64,000 bases of DNA. It comes from Eledone cirrhosa (lineage: Eukaryota). Each line of letters begins with the position of its first letter. Positions within the stretch are counted from its first letter, which is position 1. Under the pieces are notes generated by a model, which was not told the DNA's origin, did no database searches, and saw only the letters and a program-made list of their open reading frames with translations. This document shows, one piece after another, positions 15,150-30,599 of the stretch. Location of the stretch: positions 24,428,001 through 24,492,000 of the forward strand of contig OZ024753.1 in NCBI GenBank assembly GCA_964016885.1, written 5' to 3'. The position numbers were made by a program, and so were the translations under genes.

Positions 15150-17560
15150 TATGTAACAGACAGAGGACTAACACTGTATGTAACAGACAGAGGACTAACA
15201 CTGTATGTAACAGACAGCGGACTAACAATGTATGTAACAGACAGAGGACTGACACTGTATGTAACAGACAGAGGACTAACACTGTATGTAACAGACAGAG
15301 GACTAACACTGTGTGTAACAGACAGAGGGTTAATATGGTATGTAACAGACACAGGACTAACCCTGTATATAACAGAGAGAGGACTAACTGTGTATGTAAC
15401 AGACAGAGGACTAACACTGTATGTAACAGACAGAGGACTGACACTGTATGCAACAGACAGAGGACTAATACTGTATGTAACAGACAGAGGACTAATACTG
15501 TATGTAACAGACAGAGGACTAACACTGTATGTAACAGACAGAGGACTAACACTGTATGTAACAGACAGCGGAATAACAATGTATGTAACAGACAGAGGAC
15601 TGACACTGTATGTAACAGACAGAGGACTAACACTGTATGTAACAGACAGAGGGTTAACACTGTATGTAACAGACAGAGGGTTAACTCTGTATGTAACAGA
15701 CAGAGGACTAACACGGCATGTAACAGACAGAGGACTAACACTGTATGTAACAGACAGAGGACTAACACTGTATGCAACAGACAGAGGACGAACACTGTAT
15801 GTAACAGACAGAGGACTAACACTGTATGTAACAGACAGAGGGTTAACACTGTATGTAACAGACAGAGGACTAACGCTGTATTTAACAGACAGAGGGCTAA
15901 CACTGTATGTAACAGACAGAGGACTAACATTGTATGTAACAGACAGAGGGCTAACACTGTATGTAACAGACAGAGGGTTAACACTGTATGTATCAGGCAG
16001 AGGACTAACACTGTATGTAACAGACAGAGCAATGACACTGTATGTCACGGACAGAGGACTAACAGTGTATGTAACAGACAGAGGACTAACACTGTATGTA
16101 ACAGACAGCGGACTCATACTGTATGTAACAGACAGAGGGTTAACACTGTATGTAACAGACAGAGGACTAACCCTGTATGTAACAGACAGAGGACTAACTG
16201 TGTATGTAACAGACAGAGGACTAACACTGTATGTAACAGACAGAGGACTGACACTGTATGTAACAGACAGAGGACTAACACTGTATGTAACAGACAGAGG
16301 ACTGACACTGTATGTAACAGACAGAGGACTAACACTGTATGTAACAGACAGAGGACTAACACTGTATGTAACAGACAGAGGACTAACACTGTATGTAACA
16401 GACAGCGGACTAACAATGTATGTAACAGACAGAGGACTGACACTGTATGTAACAGACAGAGGACTAACACTGTATGTAACAGACAGAGGACTAACACTGT
16501 GTGTAACAGACAGAGGGTTAATATGGTATGTAACAGACACAGGACTAACCCTGTATATAACAGAGAGAGGACTAACTGTGTATGTAACAGACAGAGGACT
16601 AACACTGTATGTAACAGACAGAGGACTGACACTGTATGCAACAGACAGAGGACTAATACTGTATGTAACAGACAGAGGACTAATACTGTATGTAACAGAC
16701 AGAGGACTAACACTGTATGTAACAGACAGAGGACTAACACTGTATGTAACAGACAGCGGAATAACAATGTATGTAACAGACAGAGGACTGACACTGTATG
16801 TAACAGACAGAGGACTAACACTGTATGTAACAGACAGAGGACTAACACTGTATGTAACAGACAGAGGGTTAACACTGTATGTAACAGACAGAGGACTAAC
16901 ACGGCATGTAACAGACAGAGGACTAACACTCTATGTAACAGACAGAGGACTAACACTGTATGCAACAGACAGAGGACGAACACTGTATGTAACAGACAGA
17001 GGACTAACACTGTATGTAACAGAGAGAGGGTTAACACTGTATGTAACAGACAGAGGACTAACGCTGTATGTAACAGACAGAGGGCTAACACTGTATGTAA
17101 CAGACAGAGGACTAACATTGTATGTAACAGACAGAGGGCTAACACTGTATGTAACAGACAGAGGGTTAACACTGTATGTATCAGGCAGAGGACTAACACT
17201 GTATGTAACAGACAGAGCAATGACACTGTATGTCACGGACAGAGGACTAACAGTGTATGTAACAGACAGAGGACTAACACTGTATGTAACAGACAGCGGA
17301 CTCATACTGTATGTAACAGACAGAGGGTTAACACTGTATGTAACAGACAGAGGACTAACCCTGTATGTAACAGACAGAGGACTAACTGTGTATGTAACAG
17401 ACAGAGGACTAACACTGTATGTAACAGACAGAGGACTGACACTGTATGTAACAGACAGAGGACTAACACTGTATGTAACAGACAGAGGACTGACACTGTA
17501 TGTAACAGACAGAGGACTAACACTGTATGTAACAGACAGAGGACTAACACTGTATGTAAC
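15150..17560 (+). repeat. Tandem duplication of 44 monomers (1188 bp)
   Basis: Rare GGGTTAATATGGTATG, GCGGAATAACAATG, GTATCAGGCAG and GCAATGAC..GTCACGG variants each occur twice, 1188 bp apart. ORF anchors 16038/17226 and 16114/17302. Confidence 0.85.
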
Positions 17561-20500
17561 AGACAGAGGACTAACACTGTATGTAACAGACAGAGGACTA
17601 ACACTGTATGCAACAGACAGAGGACGAACACTGTATAAAACAGACACAGGACTAATACTGTATGTAACAGACAGAGGACTAACACTGTATGTAACAGACA
17701 GAGGACTGACACTGTATGTAACAGACAGAGGACTAACACTGTATGTAACAGACAGAGGACTGACACTGTATGTCACAGACAGAGGACTAACAGTGTATGT
17801 AACAGACAGAGGACTAACACTGTATGTAACAGAGAGAGAACTCATACCGTATGTAACAGACAGATGTTTAACACTGTATGTAACAGACAGAGGACTAACA
17901 CTGTATCTAACAGACAGAGGACTAACTGTGTATGTAACAGGCAGAGGACTAACACTGTATGTAACAGACAGAGGACTGACACTGTATGTAACAGACAGTG
18001 GACTAACACTGCATGTAACAGACAGAGGACTAACACTGTATGTAACAGACAGAGGACCAACATTGTATGTAACAGACAGAGGACTAACACTGTATGTAAC
18101 TGACAGAGGGTTAACTCTGTATGTAACAGAGTACTAACACTGTATGTAACAGACAGAGGACTAACACTGTATGTAACAGACAGAGGACTGACAATGTATG
18201 AAACAGACAGAGGACTAACACTGTATGTAACAGACAGAAGACTAACACTGTATGTAACAGACAGAAGACTAACACTGTATGTAACAGACAGCGGACTAAC
18301 ACCGTATGTAACAGACAGCGGACTAACACTGTATGTAACAGACAGAGGGCTAAAACTGTATGTAACAGACAGCGGACTAACACTCTATATAACAGACAGA
18401 GGACTAAAACTGTATTTAACAGACACAGGACTGACACTGTATGTTACAGACAGAGGACTAACACTGTATGTAACAGACAGAGGACTAACACTATATGTAA
18501 CAAACAGAGGACTGACACTGTATGTAACAGACAGAGGACTAACACTGTATGTCACAGACAGAGGAGTAACAGTGTATGTAACAGACAGAGGACAAACACT
18601 GTATGCAACAGACAGAGGACTAACACTGTATGTAACAAATAGAGGATTGACACTGTATGTAACAGACAGAGGACTAACACTGTATGTCACAGACAGAGGA
18701 CTAACAGTGTATGTAACAGACAGAGGACTAACACTGTATGTAACAGACAGAGGACTAACACTGTATGTAACAGACAGTGGGTTAATACTGTATGTAACAG
18801 ACACAGGACTAACCCTGTATGTAACAGAGAGAGGACTAACTGTGTATGTAACAGACAGAGGACTAACACTGTATGTAACAGACAGAGGACTGACACTGTA
18901 TGTAACAGACAGAGGACTAACACTGTATGTAACAGACAGAGGACTAACACTGTATGTAACAGACAGAGGACTAACACTGTATGTAACAGACAGAGGACTA
19001 ACACTGTATGTAACAGACAGAGGACTAACACTGTATGCAACAGACAGAGGACGAACACTGTACAAAACAGACACAGGACTAATACTGTATGTAAAAGACA
19101 GAGGACTAACACTGTATGTAACAGACAGAGGACTGACACTGTATGTAACAGACAGAGGACTAACACTGTATGTAACAGACAGAGGACTGACACTGTATGT
19201 CACAGACAGAGTACTAACAGTGTATGTAACAGACAGAGGACTAACACTGTATGTAACAGAGAGAGAACTCATACCGTATGTAACAGACAGAGGGTTAACA
19301 CTGTATGTAACAGACAGAGGACTAACCCTGTATGTAACAGACAGAGGACTAACTGTGTATGTAGCAGACAGAGGAATAACACAGTATGTAACAAACAGAG
19401 GACTGACACTGTATGTAACAGACAGAGGACTAACACTGTATGTAACAGACAGAGGACTGACACTGTATGTCACAGACAGAGGACTAACAGTGTATGTAAC
19501 AGACAGAGGACTAACACTGTATGTAACAGAGAGAGAACTCATACCGTATGTAACAGACAGAGGGTTAACACTGTATGTAACAGACAGAGGACTAACCCTG
19601 TATGTAACAGACAGAGGACTAACTGTGTATGTAACAGACAGAGGAATAACACTGTATGTAACATACAGAGGACTGACACTGTATGTAACAGACAGAGGAC
19701 TAAAACTGTATCTAACAGACAACGGACTAACACTGTATGTAACAGACAGAGGAATAACACTGTATGCAACAGACAGAGGACTAACACTGTATGTAACAGA
19801 CAGAGTACGAACATTGTATGCAACAGACAGAGGACTAACACTGTATGTAACAGACAGAGGACTAACACTGTATGCAACAGACAGAGGACTAACACTGTAT
19901 GTAACAGACAGAGGACTAACACTGTATGTAACAGACAGAGGACTAACACTGTATGCAACAGACAGAGGCCTAACACTGTATGTAACAGACAGAGGACTAA
20001 CACTATATGTAACAGACAGACGACTAACACTGTATGTAACGGACAGCGGACTAACACTGTATGTAACAGACAGAGGACTAATACTGTATGTAACAGACAG
20101 AGGACTAACACTGTATGTAACAGACAGAGGACTAACACTGTATGTAACAGACAGCGGACTAACAATGTATGTAACAGACAGACGACTGACACTGTATGTA
20201 ACAGACAGAGGACTAACACTGTATGTAACAGACAGAGGACTAACACTGTATGTAACAGACAGAGGGTTAACACTGTATGTAACAGACAGAGGGTTAACTC
20301 TGTATGTAACAGACAGAGGACTAACACGGCATGTAACAGACAGAGGACTAACACTGTATGTAACAGACAGAGGGTTAACTCTGTATGTAACAGACAGAGG
20401 ACTAACACGGCATGTAACAGACAGAGGACTAACACTGTATGCAACAGACAGAGGACGAACACTGTATGTAACAGACAGAGGACTAACACTGTATGTCACA

Positions 20501-23500
20501 GACAGAGGAGTAACACTGTATGTAACAGACAGATGACTATACACTGTATGTAACAGACAGAGGACTAACACTGTATGCAACAGACAGAGGACTAACACTG
20601 TATGTAACGGACAGCGGACTAACACTGTATGTAACAGACAGAGGACTAACACTGTATGTAACAGACAGAGGACTAACACTGTATGTAACAGACAGAGGAC
20701 TAACACTGTATGCAACAGACAGAGGACGAACACTGTATGTAACAGACAGAGGACTAATACTGTATGTAACAGACAGAGGACTAATACTGTATGTAACAGA
20801 CAGAGGACTAACACTGTATGTAACAGACAGAGGACTAACACTGTATGTAACAGACAGCGGACTAACAATGTATGTAACAGACAGAGGACTGACACTGTAT
20901 GTAACAGACAGAGGACTAACACTGTATGTAACAGACAGAGGACTAACACTGTATGTAACAGACAGAGGGTTAACACTGTATGTAACAGACAGAGGGTTAA
21001 CTCTGTATGTAACAGACAGAGGACTAACACGGCATGTAACAGACAGAGGACTAACACTGTATGTAACAGACAGAGGGTTAACTCTGTATGTAACAGACAG
21101 AGGACTAACACGGCATGTAACAGACAGAGGACTAACACTGTGTGTAACAGACAGAGGACTAACACTGTATGCAACAGACAGAGGACGAACACTGTATGCA
21201 ACAGACAGAGGACTAATACTGTATGTAACAGACAGAGGACTAACACTGTATGTAACAGACAGAGGACTAACACTGTATGTAACAGACAGACGACTAACAC
21301 TGTATGTAACAGACAGCGAACTAACACTGTATGTAACAGACAGAGGACTAACACTGTATGTAACAGACAGAGCACTAACACTGTGTGTAACAGACAGAGG
21401 ACTAACACTTTATGCAACAGACAGAGGACGAACACTGTATGTAACAGACAGAGGACTAATACTGTATGTAACAGACAGAGGACTAACACTGTATGTAACA
21501 GACAGAGGACTAACACTGTATGTAACAGACAGCGGACTAACACAGTATGTAACAGACTGAGGACTGACACTGTATGTAACAGACAGAGGACTAACACTGT
21601 ATGTAACAGACAGAGGAATAAAACTGTATGTAACAGACAAAGGATTAACACTGTATGTAACAAACAGAGGTCTAACACTGTGTGCAACAGACAGAGGAGT
21701 AACACTGTATGTAACAGACAGAAGATAAACACTGTATGTAACAGACAGAGGACTAACACTGTATGTAACAGACAGTGGACTAACACTGTATGCAACAGAC
21801 AGACGACTAATACTATATGTAACAGACACAGGACTAACACTGTATGTAACAGACAGAGGACTGACACTGTATGTAACAGACAGAGGACTGACAATGTATG
21901 TAACAGACAGAGGACTAACACTGTATGTAACAGACAGAAGACTAACACTGTATGTAACAGACAGAAGACTAACACTGTATGTAACAGACAGCGGACTAAC
22001 ACCGTATGTAACAGACAGCGGACTAACACTGTATGTAACAGACAGAGGGCTAAAACTGTATGTAACAGACAGCGGACTAACACTCTATATAACAGACAGA
22101 GGACTAAAACTGTATTTAACAGACACAGGACTGACACTGTATGTTACAGACAGAGGACTAACACTGTATGTAACAGACAGAGGACTAACACTATATGTAA
22201 CGAACAGAGGACTGACACTATGTAACAGACAGAGGACTAACACTGTATGTCACAGACAGAGGAGTAACAGTGTATGTAACAGACAGAGGACAAACACTGT
22301 ATGCAACAGACAGAGGACTAACACTGTATGTAACAAATAGAGGATTGACACTGTATGTAACAGACAGAGGACTAACACTGTATGTCACAGACAGAGGACT
22401 AACAGTGTATGTAACAGACAGAGGACTAACACTGTATGTAACAGACAGAGGACTAACACTGTATGTAACAGACAGTGGGTTAATACTGTATGTAACAGAC
22501 ACAGGACTAACCCTGTATGTAACAGAGAGAGGACTAACTGTGTATGTAACAGACAGAGGACTAACACTGTATGTAACAGACAGAGGACTGACACTGTATG
22601 TAACAGACAGAGGACTAACACTGTATGTAACAGACAGAGGACTAACACTGTATGTAACAGACAGAGGACTAACACTGTATGAAACAGACAGAGGACTAAC
22701 ACTGTATGTAACAGACAGAGGACTAACACTGTATGCAACAGACAGAGGACGAACACTGTATAAAACAGACACAGGACTAATACTGTATGTAACAGACAGA
22801 GGACTAACACTGTATGTAACAGACAGAGGACTGACACTGTATGTAACAGACAGAGGACTAACACTGTATGTAACAGACAGAGGACTGACACTGTATGTCA
22901 CAGACAGAGGACTAACAGTGTATGTAACAGACAGAGGACTAACACTGTATGTAACAGAGAGAGAACTCATACCGTATGTAACAGACAGAGGGTTAACACT
23001 GTATGTAACAGACAGAGGACTAACCCTGTATGTAACATACAGAGGACTGACACTGTATGTAACAGACAGAGGACTAAAACTGTATCTAACAGACAACGGA
23101 CTAACACTGTATGTAACAGACAGAGGAATAACACTGTATGCAACAGACAGAGGACTAACACTGTATGTAACAGACAGAGGACGAACATTGTATGCAACAG
23201 ACAGAGGACTAACACTGTATGTAACAGACAGAGGACTAACACTGTATGCAACAGACAGAGGACTAACACTGTATGTAACAGACAGAGGACTAACACTGTA
23301 TGTAATAGACAGAGGACTAACACTGTATGCAACAGACAGAGGACTAACACTGTATGTAACTGACAGAGGACGAACACTGTATGTAACAGACAGAGGCCTA
23401 ACACTGTATGTAACAGACAGAGGACTAACACTATATGTAACAGACAGACGACTAACACTGTATGTAACGGACAGCGGACTAACACTGTATGTAACAGACA

Positions 23501-25899
23501 GAGGACTAATACTGTATGTAACAGACAGAGGACTAACACTGTATGTAACAGACAGAGGACTAACACTGTATGTAACAGACAGCGGACTAACAATGTATGT
23601 AACAGACAGAGGACTGACACTGTATGTAACAGACAGAGGACTAACACTGTATGTAACAGACAGAGGACTAACACTGTATGTAACAGACAGAGGGTTAACA
23701 CTGTATGTAACAGACAGAGGGTTAACTCTGTATGTAACAGACAGAGGACTAACACGGCATGTAACAGACAGAGGACTAACACTGTATGTAACAGACAGAG
23801 GGTTAACTCTGTATGTAACAGACAGAGGACTAACACGGCATGTAACAGACAGAGGACTAACACTGTATGCAACAGACAGAGGACGAACACTGTATGTAAC
23901 AGACAGAGGACTAACACTGTATGTCACAGACAGAGGACTAACAGTGTATGTAACAGACAGAGGACTAACACTGTATGTAACAGACAGAGGACTAACACTG
24001 TATGTAACAGACAGAGGGTTAATACTGTATGTAACAGACACAGGACTAACCCTGTATGTAACAGAGAGAGGACTAACTGTGTATGTAACAGACAGAGGAC
24101 TAACACTGTATGTAACAGACAGAGGACTGACACTGTATGCAACAGACAGAGGACTAACACTGTATGTAACAGACAGAGGACTAACACTGTATGTAACAGA
24201 CAGAGGACTAACACTGTATGCAACAGACAGAGGACTAACACTGTATGTAACGGACAGCGGACTAACACTGTATGTAACAGACAGAGGACTAACACTGTAT
24301 GTAACAGACAGAGGACTAACACTGTATGTAACAGACAGAGGACTAACACTGTATGCAACAGACAGAGGACGAACACTGTATGTAACAGACAGAGGACTAA
24401 TACTGTATGTAACAGACAGAGGACTAATACTGTATGAAACAGACAGAGGACTAACACTGTATGTAACAGACAGAGGACTAACACTGTATGTAACAGACAG
24501 CGGACTAACAATGTATGTAACAGACAGAGGACTGACACTGTATGTAACAGACAGAGGACTAACACTGTATGTAACAGACAGAGGACTAACACTGTATGTA
24601 ACAGACAGAGGGTTAACACTGTATGTAACAGACAGAGGGTTAACTCTGTATGTAACAGACAGAGGACTAACACGGCATGTAACAGACAGCGGACTAACAC
24701 TGTATGTAACAGACTGAGGACTGACACTGTATGTAACAGACAGAGGACTAACACTGTATGTAACAGACAGAGGAATAAAACTGTATGTAACAGACAAAGG
24801 ATTAACACTGTATGTAACAAACAGAGGACTAACACTGTGTGCAACAGACAGAGGAGTAACACTGTATGTAACAGACAGAAGATAAACACTGTATGTAACA
24901 GACAGAGGACTAACACTGTATGTAACAGACAGTGGACTAACACTGTATGCAACAGACAGACGACTAATACTATATGTAACAGACAGAGGACTAACACTGT
25001 ATGTAACAGACAGAGGAGTAACACTGTATGTAACAGACAGAGGACTAACATTGTATGTAACAGACAGAGGACTAACACTGTATGTAACAGACAGAGGACT
25101 AACACTGTATGTAATAGACAGAGGAGTAAAACTGTATGTAACAGACAGAGGATAAACACTGTATGTAACAGACAGAGGACTAACACTGTATGTAACAGAC
25201 AGTGGACTAACACTGTATGCAACAGACAGAGGACTAATACTGTATGTAACAGACAGAGGACTAACACTGTATGTAGCAGACAGAGGACTAAGACTGTATG
25301 TAACAGACAGAGGACTAACACTGTATATAACAGACAGAAGGCTAACACTGTATGTAACAGACAGAGGACTAACACTGTATGTAACAGACAGAGGAATAAC
25401 ACTGTATGTAACAGACAGAGGGTTAACACTGTATGTAACAGACAGAGGACTAACACTGTATGTAACAGACAGCGGACTAACAATGTATGTAACAGACAGA
25501 GGACTGACACTGTATGTCACAGACAGAGGACTAACACTGTATGTAACAGACAGAGATCTCATACTGTATGTAACAGACAGAGGGTTAACACTGTATGTAA
25601 CAGACAGAGGACTAACCCTGGATGTAACAGACAGAGGTCTAACTGTGTATGTAACAGACAGAGGAATAACACTGTATGTAACATACAGAGGACTGACACT
25701 GTATCTAACAGACAGAGGACTAACACTGTATGTAACAGACAGAGGACTAACACTGTATGTAACAGACAGCTGACTAACACTGTATGTAACAGACAGAGGA
25801 TTAACACTGTATGTAACAGACAGAGGACTAACACTGTATGTAACAGACAGAGGACTAACACTGTATGTAACAGACAGAGGACTAACACTGTATGCAACA

Positions 25900-28800
25900 G
25901 ACAGAGGACTAACACTGTATGTAACAGACAGAGGACGAACACTGTCTGTAACAGACAGAGGACTAACACTGTATGTAACAGACAGACGACTAACACTGTA
26001 TGTAACAGACAGCGGACTAACACTGTAAGTAACAGACAGAGGACTAACACTGTATGTAACAGACAGAGGACTAACACTGTATGTAACAGACAGAGGACTA
26101 ACACTGTATGCAACAGACAGAGGACGAACCCTGTATGTAACAGACAGAGGACTAACACTGTATGTAACAGACAGAGGACTAACACTGTATGTAACAGACA
26201 GCGGACTAACACTGTATGTAACAGACAGAGGACTAACACTGTATGTAACAGACAGAGGACTAACACTGTATGTAACAGACAGAGGGTTAACACTGCATGT
26301 AACAGACAGAGGGTTAACTCTGTATGTAACAGACAGAGGACTAACACGGCATGTAACAGACAGAGGACTAACACTGTATGTAACAGACAGAGAGTTAACT
26401 CTGTATGTAACAGACAGAGGACTAACCCTGCATGTAACAGACAGAGGGTTAACTCTGTATGTAACAGACAGAGGACTAACACGGCATGTAACAGACAGAG
26501 GACTAACACTGTATGTAACAGACAGAGGACTAACACTGTATGTAACAGACAGAGGACTAACATTGTATGTAACAGACAGAGGACTAACACGATATGTAAC
26601 AGACAGAGGTCTAACACTGTATGTAAGAGACAGAGGACTAACGTTGTATGTAAAAGACAGAGCACTAACACGATATGTAACAGACAGAGGACTAACACTG
26701 TATGTCACAGACAGAGGACTAACACTGTATGTAACAGACAGAGGACTAACACTGAATGTAACAGACAGAGGGTTAACACTATATGTAACAGACAGAGGAC
26801 TAACCCTGTATGTAACAGACAGAGGACTAACTGTGTATGTAACAGACAGAGGACTAACACTGTATGTAACAGACAGAAGACTAACACTGTATGTAACAGA
26901 CAGAGGACTAACACTGTATGTAACAGAAAGAGGGTTAACACTGTATGTAACAGACAGAGGACTAATCCTGTATGTAACAGACAGAGGACTAACACTCTAT
27001 GTAACAGACAGCGGACTAACACTGTATGTAACAGACAGAGGACTAACACTGTATGTAACAGACAGAGGTCTAACTCTATATGTAACAGACAGAGGACTAA
27101 CACGATATGTAACAGACAGAGGACTAACACTGTATGTAACAGACAGAGGACTAACCATGTATGTAACAGACAGAGGACTAACACGATATGTAACAGACAG
27201 AGGACTAATACTTTATGTAACAGACAGAGGACTAACACTGTATGTAACAGACAGAGGACTAACCCTGTATGTAACAGACGGAGGACTAACACTGTATGTA
27301 ACTGACCGAGGGTTAACACTGTATGTAACAGACAGAAGACTAACACTGTATGTAATAGACAGAGGAGTAACACTGTATGTAACAGACAGAGGATAAACAC
27401 TGTATGTAACAGACAGAGGACTAACACTGTATGTAACAGACAGAGGACTAACACTGTATGTAACAGACAGAGTACTAACACTGTATGTAACAGACAGAGG
27501 ACTAACACTGTATGTAACAGACAGAGGATAAACACTGTATGTAACAGAGAGAAGACTAACACTGTATGTAATAGACAGAGGAGTAACACTGTATGTAACA
27601 GACAGAGGATAAACACTATGTAACAGACAGAGGACTAACACTGTATGAAAAAGACAGAGGACTAACACTGTATATAACAGACAGAGGATAAATACTGTAT
27701 GTAGCAGGCAGAGGAGTAACACTGTATGTAACATACAGAGGACTAACACTGTATGTAACAGACAGAGGGATAACACTGTATGTAACAGACAGAGGACTAA
27801 CACTGTATGTAACAGACAGAGGGCTAACACTGTATGTAACAGACAGAGGACTAACACTGTATGTAACAGTCAGAGGGCTAACACTATGTAACAGGCAGAG
27901 GACTAACACTGTATGTAACAGACAGAGGACTAACACTGTATGTAACAGACAGAGGACGAACACTGTATGTAACAGACAGAGGACTAACACTGTATGTAAC
28001 AGACAGACGACTAACACTGTATGTAACAGACAGCGGACTAACACTGTAAGTAACAGACAGAGGACTAACACTGTATGTAACAGACAGAGGACTAACACTG
28101 TATGTAACAGACAGAGGACTAACACTGTATGCAACAGACAGAGGACGAACCCTGTATGTAACAGACAGAGGACTAACACTGTATGTAACAGACAGAGGAC
28201 TAACACTGTATGTAACAGACAGCGGACTAACACTGTATGTAACAGACAGAGGACTAACACTGTATGTAACAGACAGAGGACTAACACTGTATGTAACAGA
28301 CAGAGGGTTAACACTGCATGTAACAGACAGAGGGTTAACTCTGTATGTAACAGACAGAGGACTAACACGGCATGTAACAGACAGAGGACTAACACTGTAT
28401 GTAACAGACAGAGGGTTAACTCTGTATGTAACAGACAGAGGACTAACCCTGCATGTAACAGACAGAGGACTAACACGGCATGTAACAGACAGAGGACTAA
28501 CACTGTATGTAACAGACAGAGGACTAACACTGTATGTAACAGACAGAGGACTAACATTGTATGTAACAGACAGAGGACTAACACGATATGTAACAGACAG
28601 AGGTCTAACACTGTATGTAAGAGACAGAGGACTAACGTTGTATGTAAAAGACAGAGCACTAACACGATATGTAACAGACAGAGGACTAACACTGTATGTA
28701 ACAGACAGAGGACTAACACTGTATGTAACAGACAGAGGACTAACACTGAATGTAACAGACAGAGGGTTAACACTATATGTAACAGACAGAGGACTAACCC

Positions 28801-29930
28801 TGTATGTAACAGACAGAGGACTAACTGTGTATGTAACAGACAGAGGACTAACACTGTATGTAACAGACAGAAGACTAACACTGTATGTAACAGACAGAGG
28901 ACTAACACTGTATGTAACAGAAAGAGGGTTAACACTGTATGTAACAGACAGAGGACTAATCCTGTATGTAACAGACAGAGGACTAACACGATATGTAACA
29001 GACAGAGGACTAACACTCTATGTAACAGACAGCGGACTAACACTGTATGTAACAGACAGAGGACTAACACTGTATGTAACAGACAGAGGTCTAACTCTAT
29101 ATGTAACAGACAGAGGACTAACACGATATGTAACAGACAGAGGACTAACACTGTATGTAACAGACAGAGGACTAACCCTGTATTTAACAGACAGAGGACT
29201 AACACGATATGTAACAGACAGAGGACTAATACTGTATGTAACAGACAGAGGACTAACACTGTATGTAACAGACAGAGGACTAACCCTGTATGTAACAGAC
29301 GGAGGACTAACACTGTATGTAACTGACCGAGGGTTAACACTGTATGTAACAGACAGAAGACTAACACTGTATGTAATAGACAGAGGAGTAACACTGTATG
29401 TAACAGACAGAGGATAAACACTGTATGTAACAGACAGAGGACTAACACTGTATGTAACAGACAGAGGACTAACACTGTATGTAACAGACAGAGTACTAAC
29501 ACTGTATGTAACAGACAGAGGACTAACACTGTATGTAACAGACAGAGGATAAACACTGTATGTAACAGAGAGAAGACTAACACTGTATGTAATAGACAGA
29601 GGAGTAACACTGTATGTAACAGACAGAGGATAAACACTATGTAACAGACAGAGGACTAACACTGTATGAAAAAGACAGAGGACTAACACTGTATATAACA
29701 GACAGAGGATAAATACTGTATGTAGCAGGCAGAGGAGTAACACTGTATGTAACATACAGAGGACTAACACTGTATGTAACAGACAGAGGGATAACACTGT
29801 ATGTAACAGACAGAGGACTAACACTGTATGTAACAGACAGAGGGCTAACACTGTATGTAACAGACAGAGGACTAACACTGTATGTAACAGTCAGAGGGCT
29901 AACACTATGTAACAGGCAGAGGACTAACAC
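25900..29930 (+). repeat. Tandem duplication of ~2.0 kb (offset 1994 rising to 2021 bp)
   Basis: ORF anchors 26563/28557, 27616/29637, 27857/29878. Shared rare variants GTAAGAGAC, AACGTTG, CTGAATG, ATGAAAAAGAC and AACAGTCAG. Confidence 0.85.
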
Positions 29931-30599
29931 TGTATGTAACAGACAGAGGACTAACACTGCATGTAACATACAGAGGACTAACACTGTATGTAACAGACAG
30001 AGGGATAACACTGTATCTAACAGACAGAGGACTAACACTGTATGTAACAGACAGAGGACTAACACTGTATGTAACAGACAGAGGGTTAATACTGTATGTA
30101 ACAGACACAGGACTAACCCTGTATGTAACGGAGAGAGGACTAACTGTGTATGTAACAGACAGAGGACTAACACTGTATGTAACAGACAGAGGACTGACAC
30201 TGTATGTAACAAACAGAGGACTAACACTGTATGTAACAGACAGAGGACTAACACTGTATGTAACAGACAGCGGACTAACACTGTATGTAACAGACAGAGG
30301 ACTAGCACTGTATGTAACAGACAGAGGACTAACACTGTATGTAACAGAGAGAGGACTAACACTGTATGTAACAGACAGAGGACTAACACTGTATGCAACA
30401 GACAGAGGACGAACACTGTATGCAACAGACAGAGGACTAATACTGTATATAACAGACAGAGGACTAACACTGTATGTAACAGACAGAGGACTAACACTGT
30501 ATGTAACAGACAGAGGACTGACACTGTATGTCACAGACAGAGGACTAACAGTGTATGTAACAGACAGAGGACTAACACTGTATGTAACAGACAGAGAAC

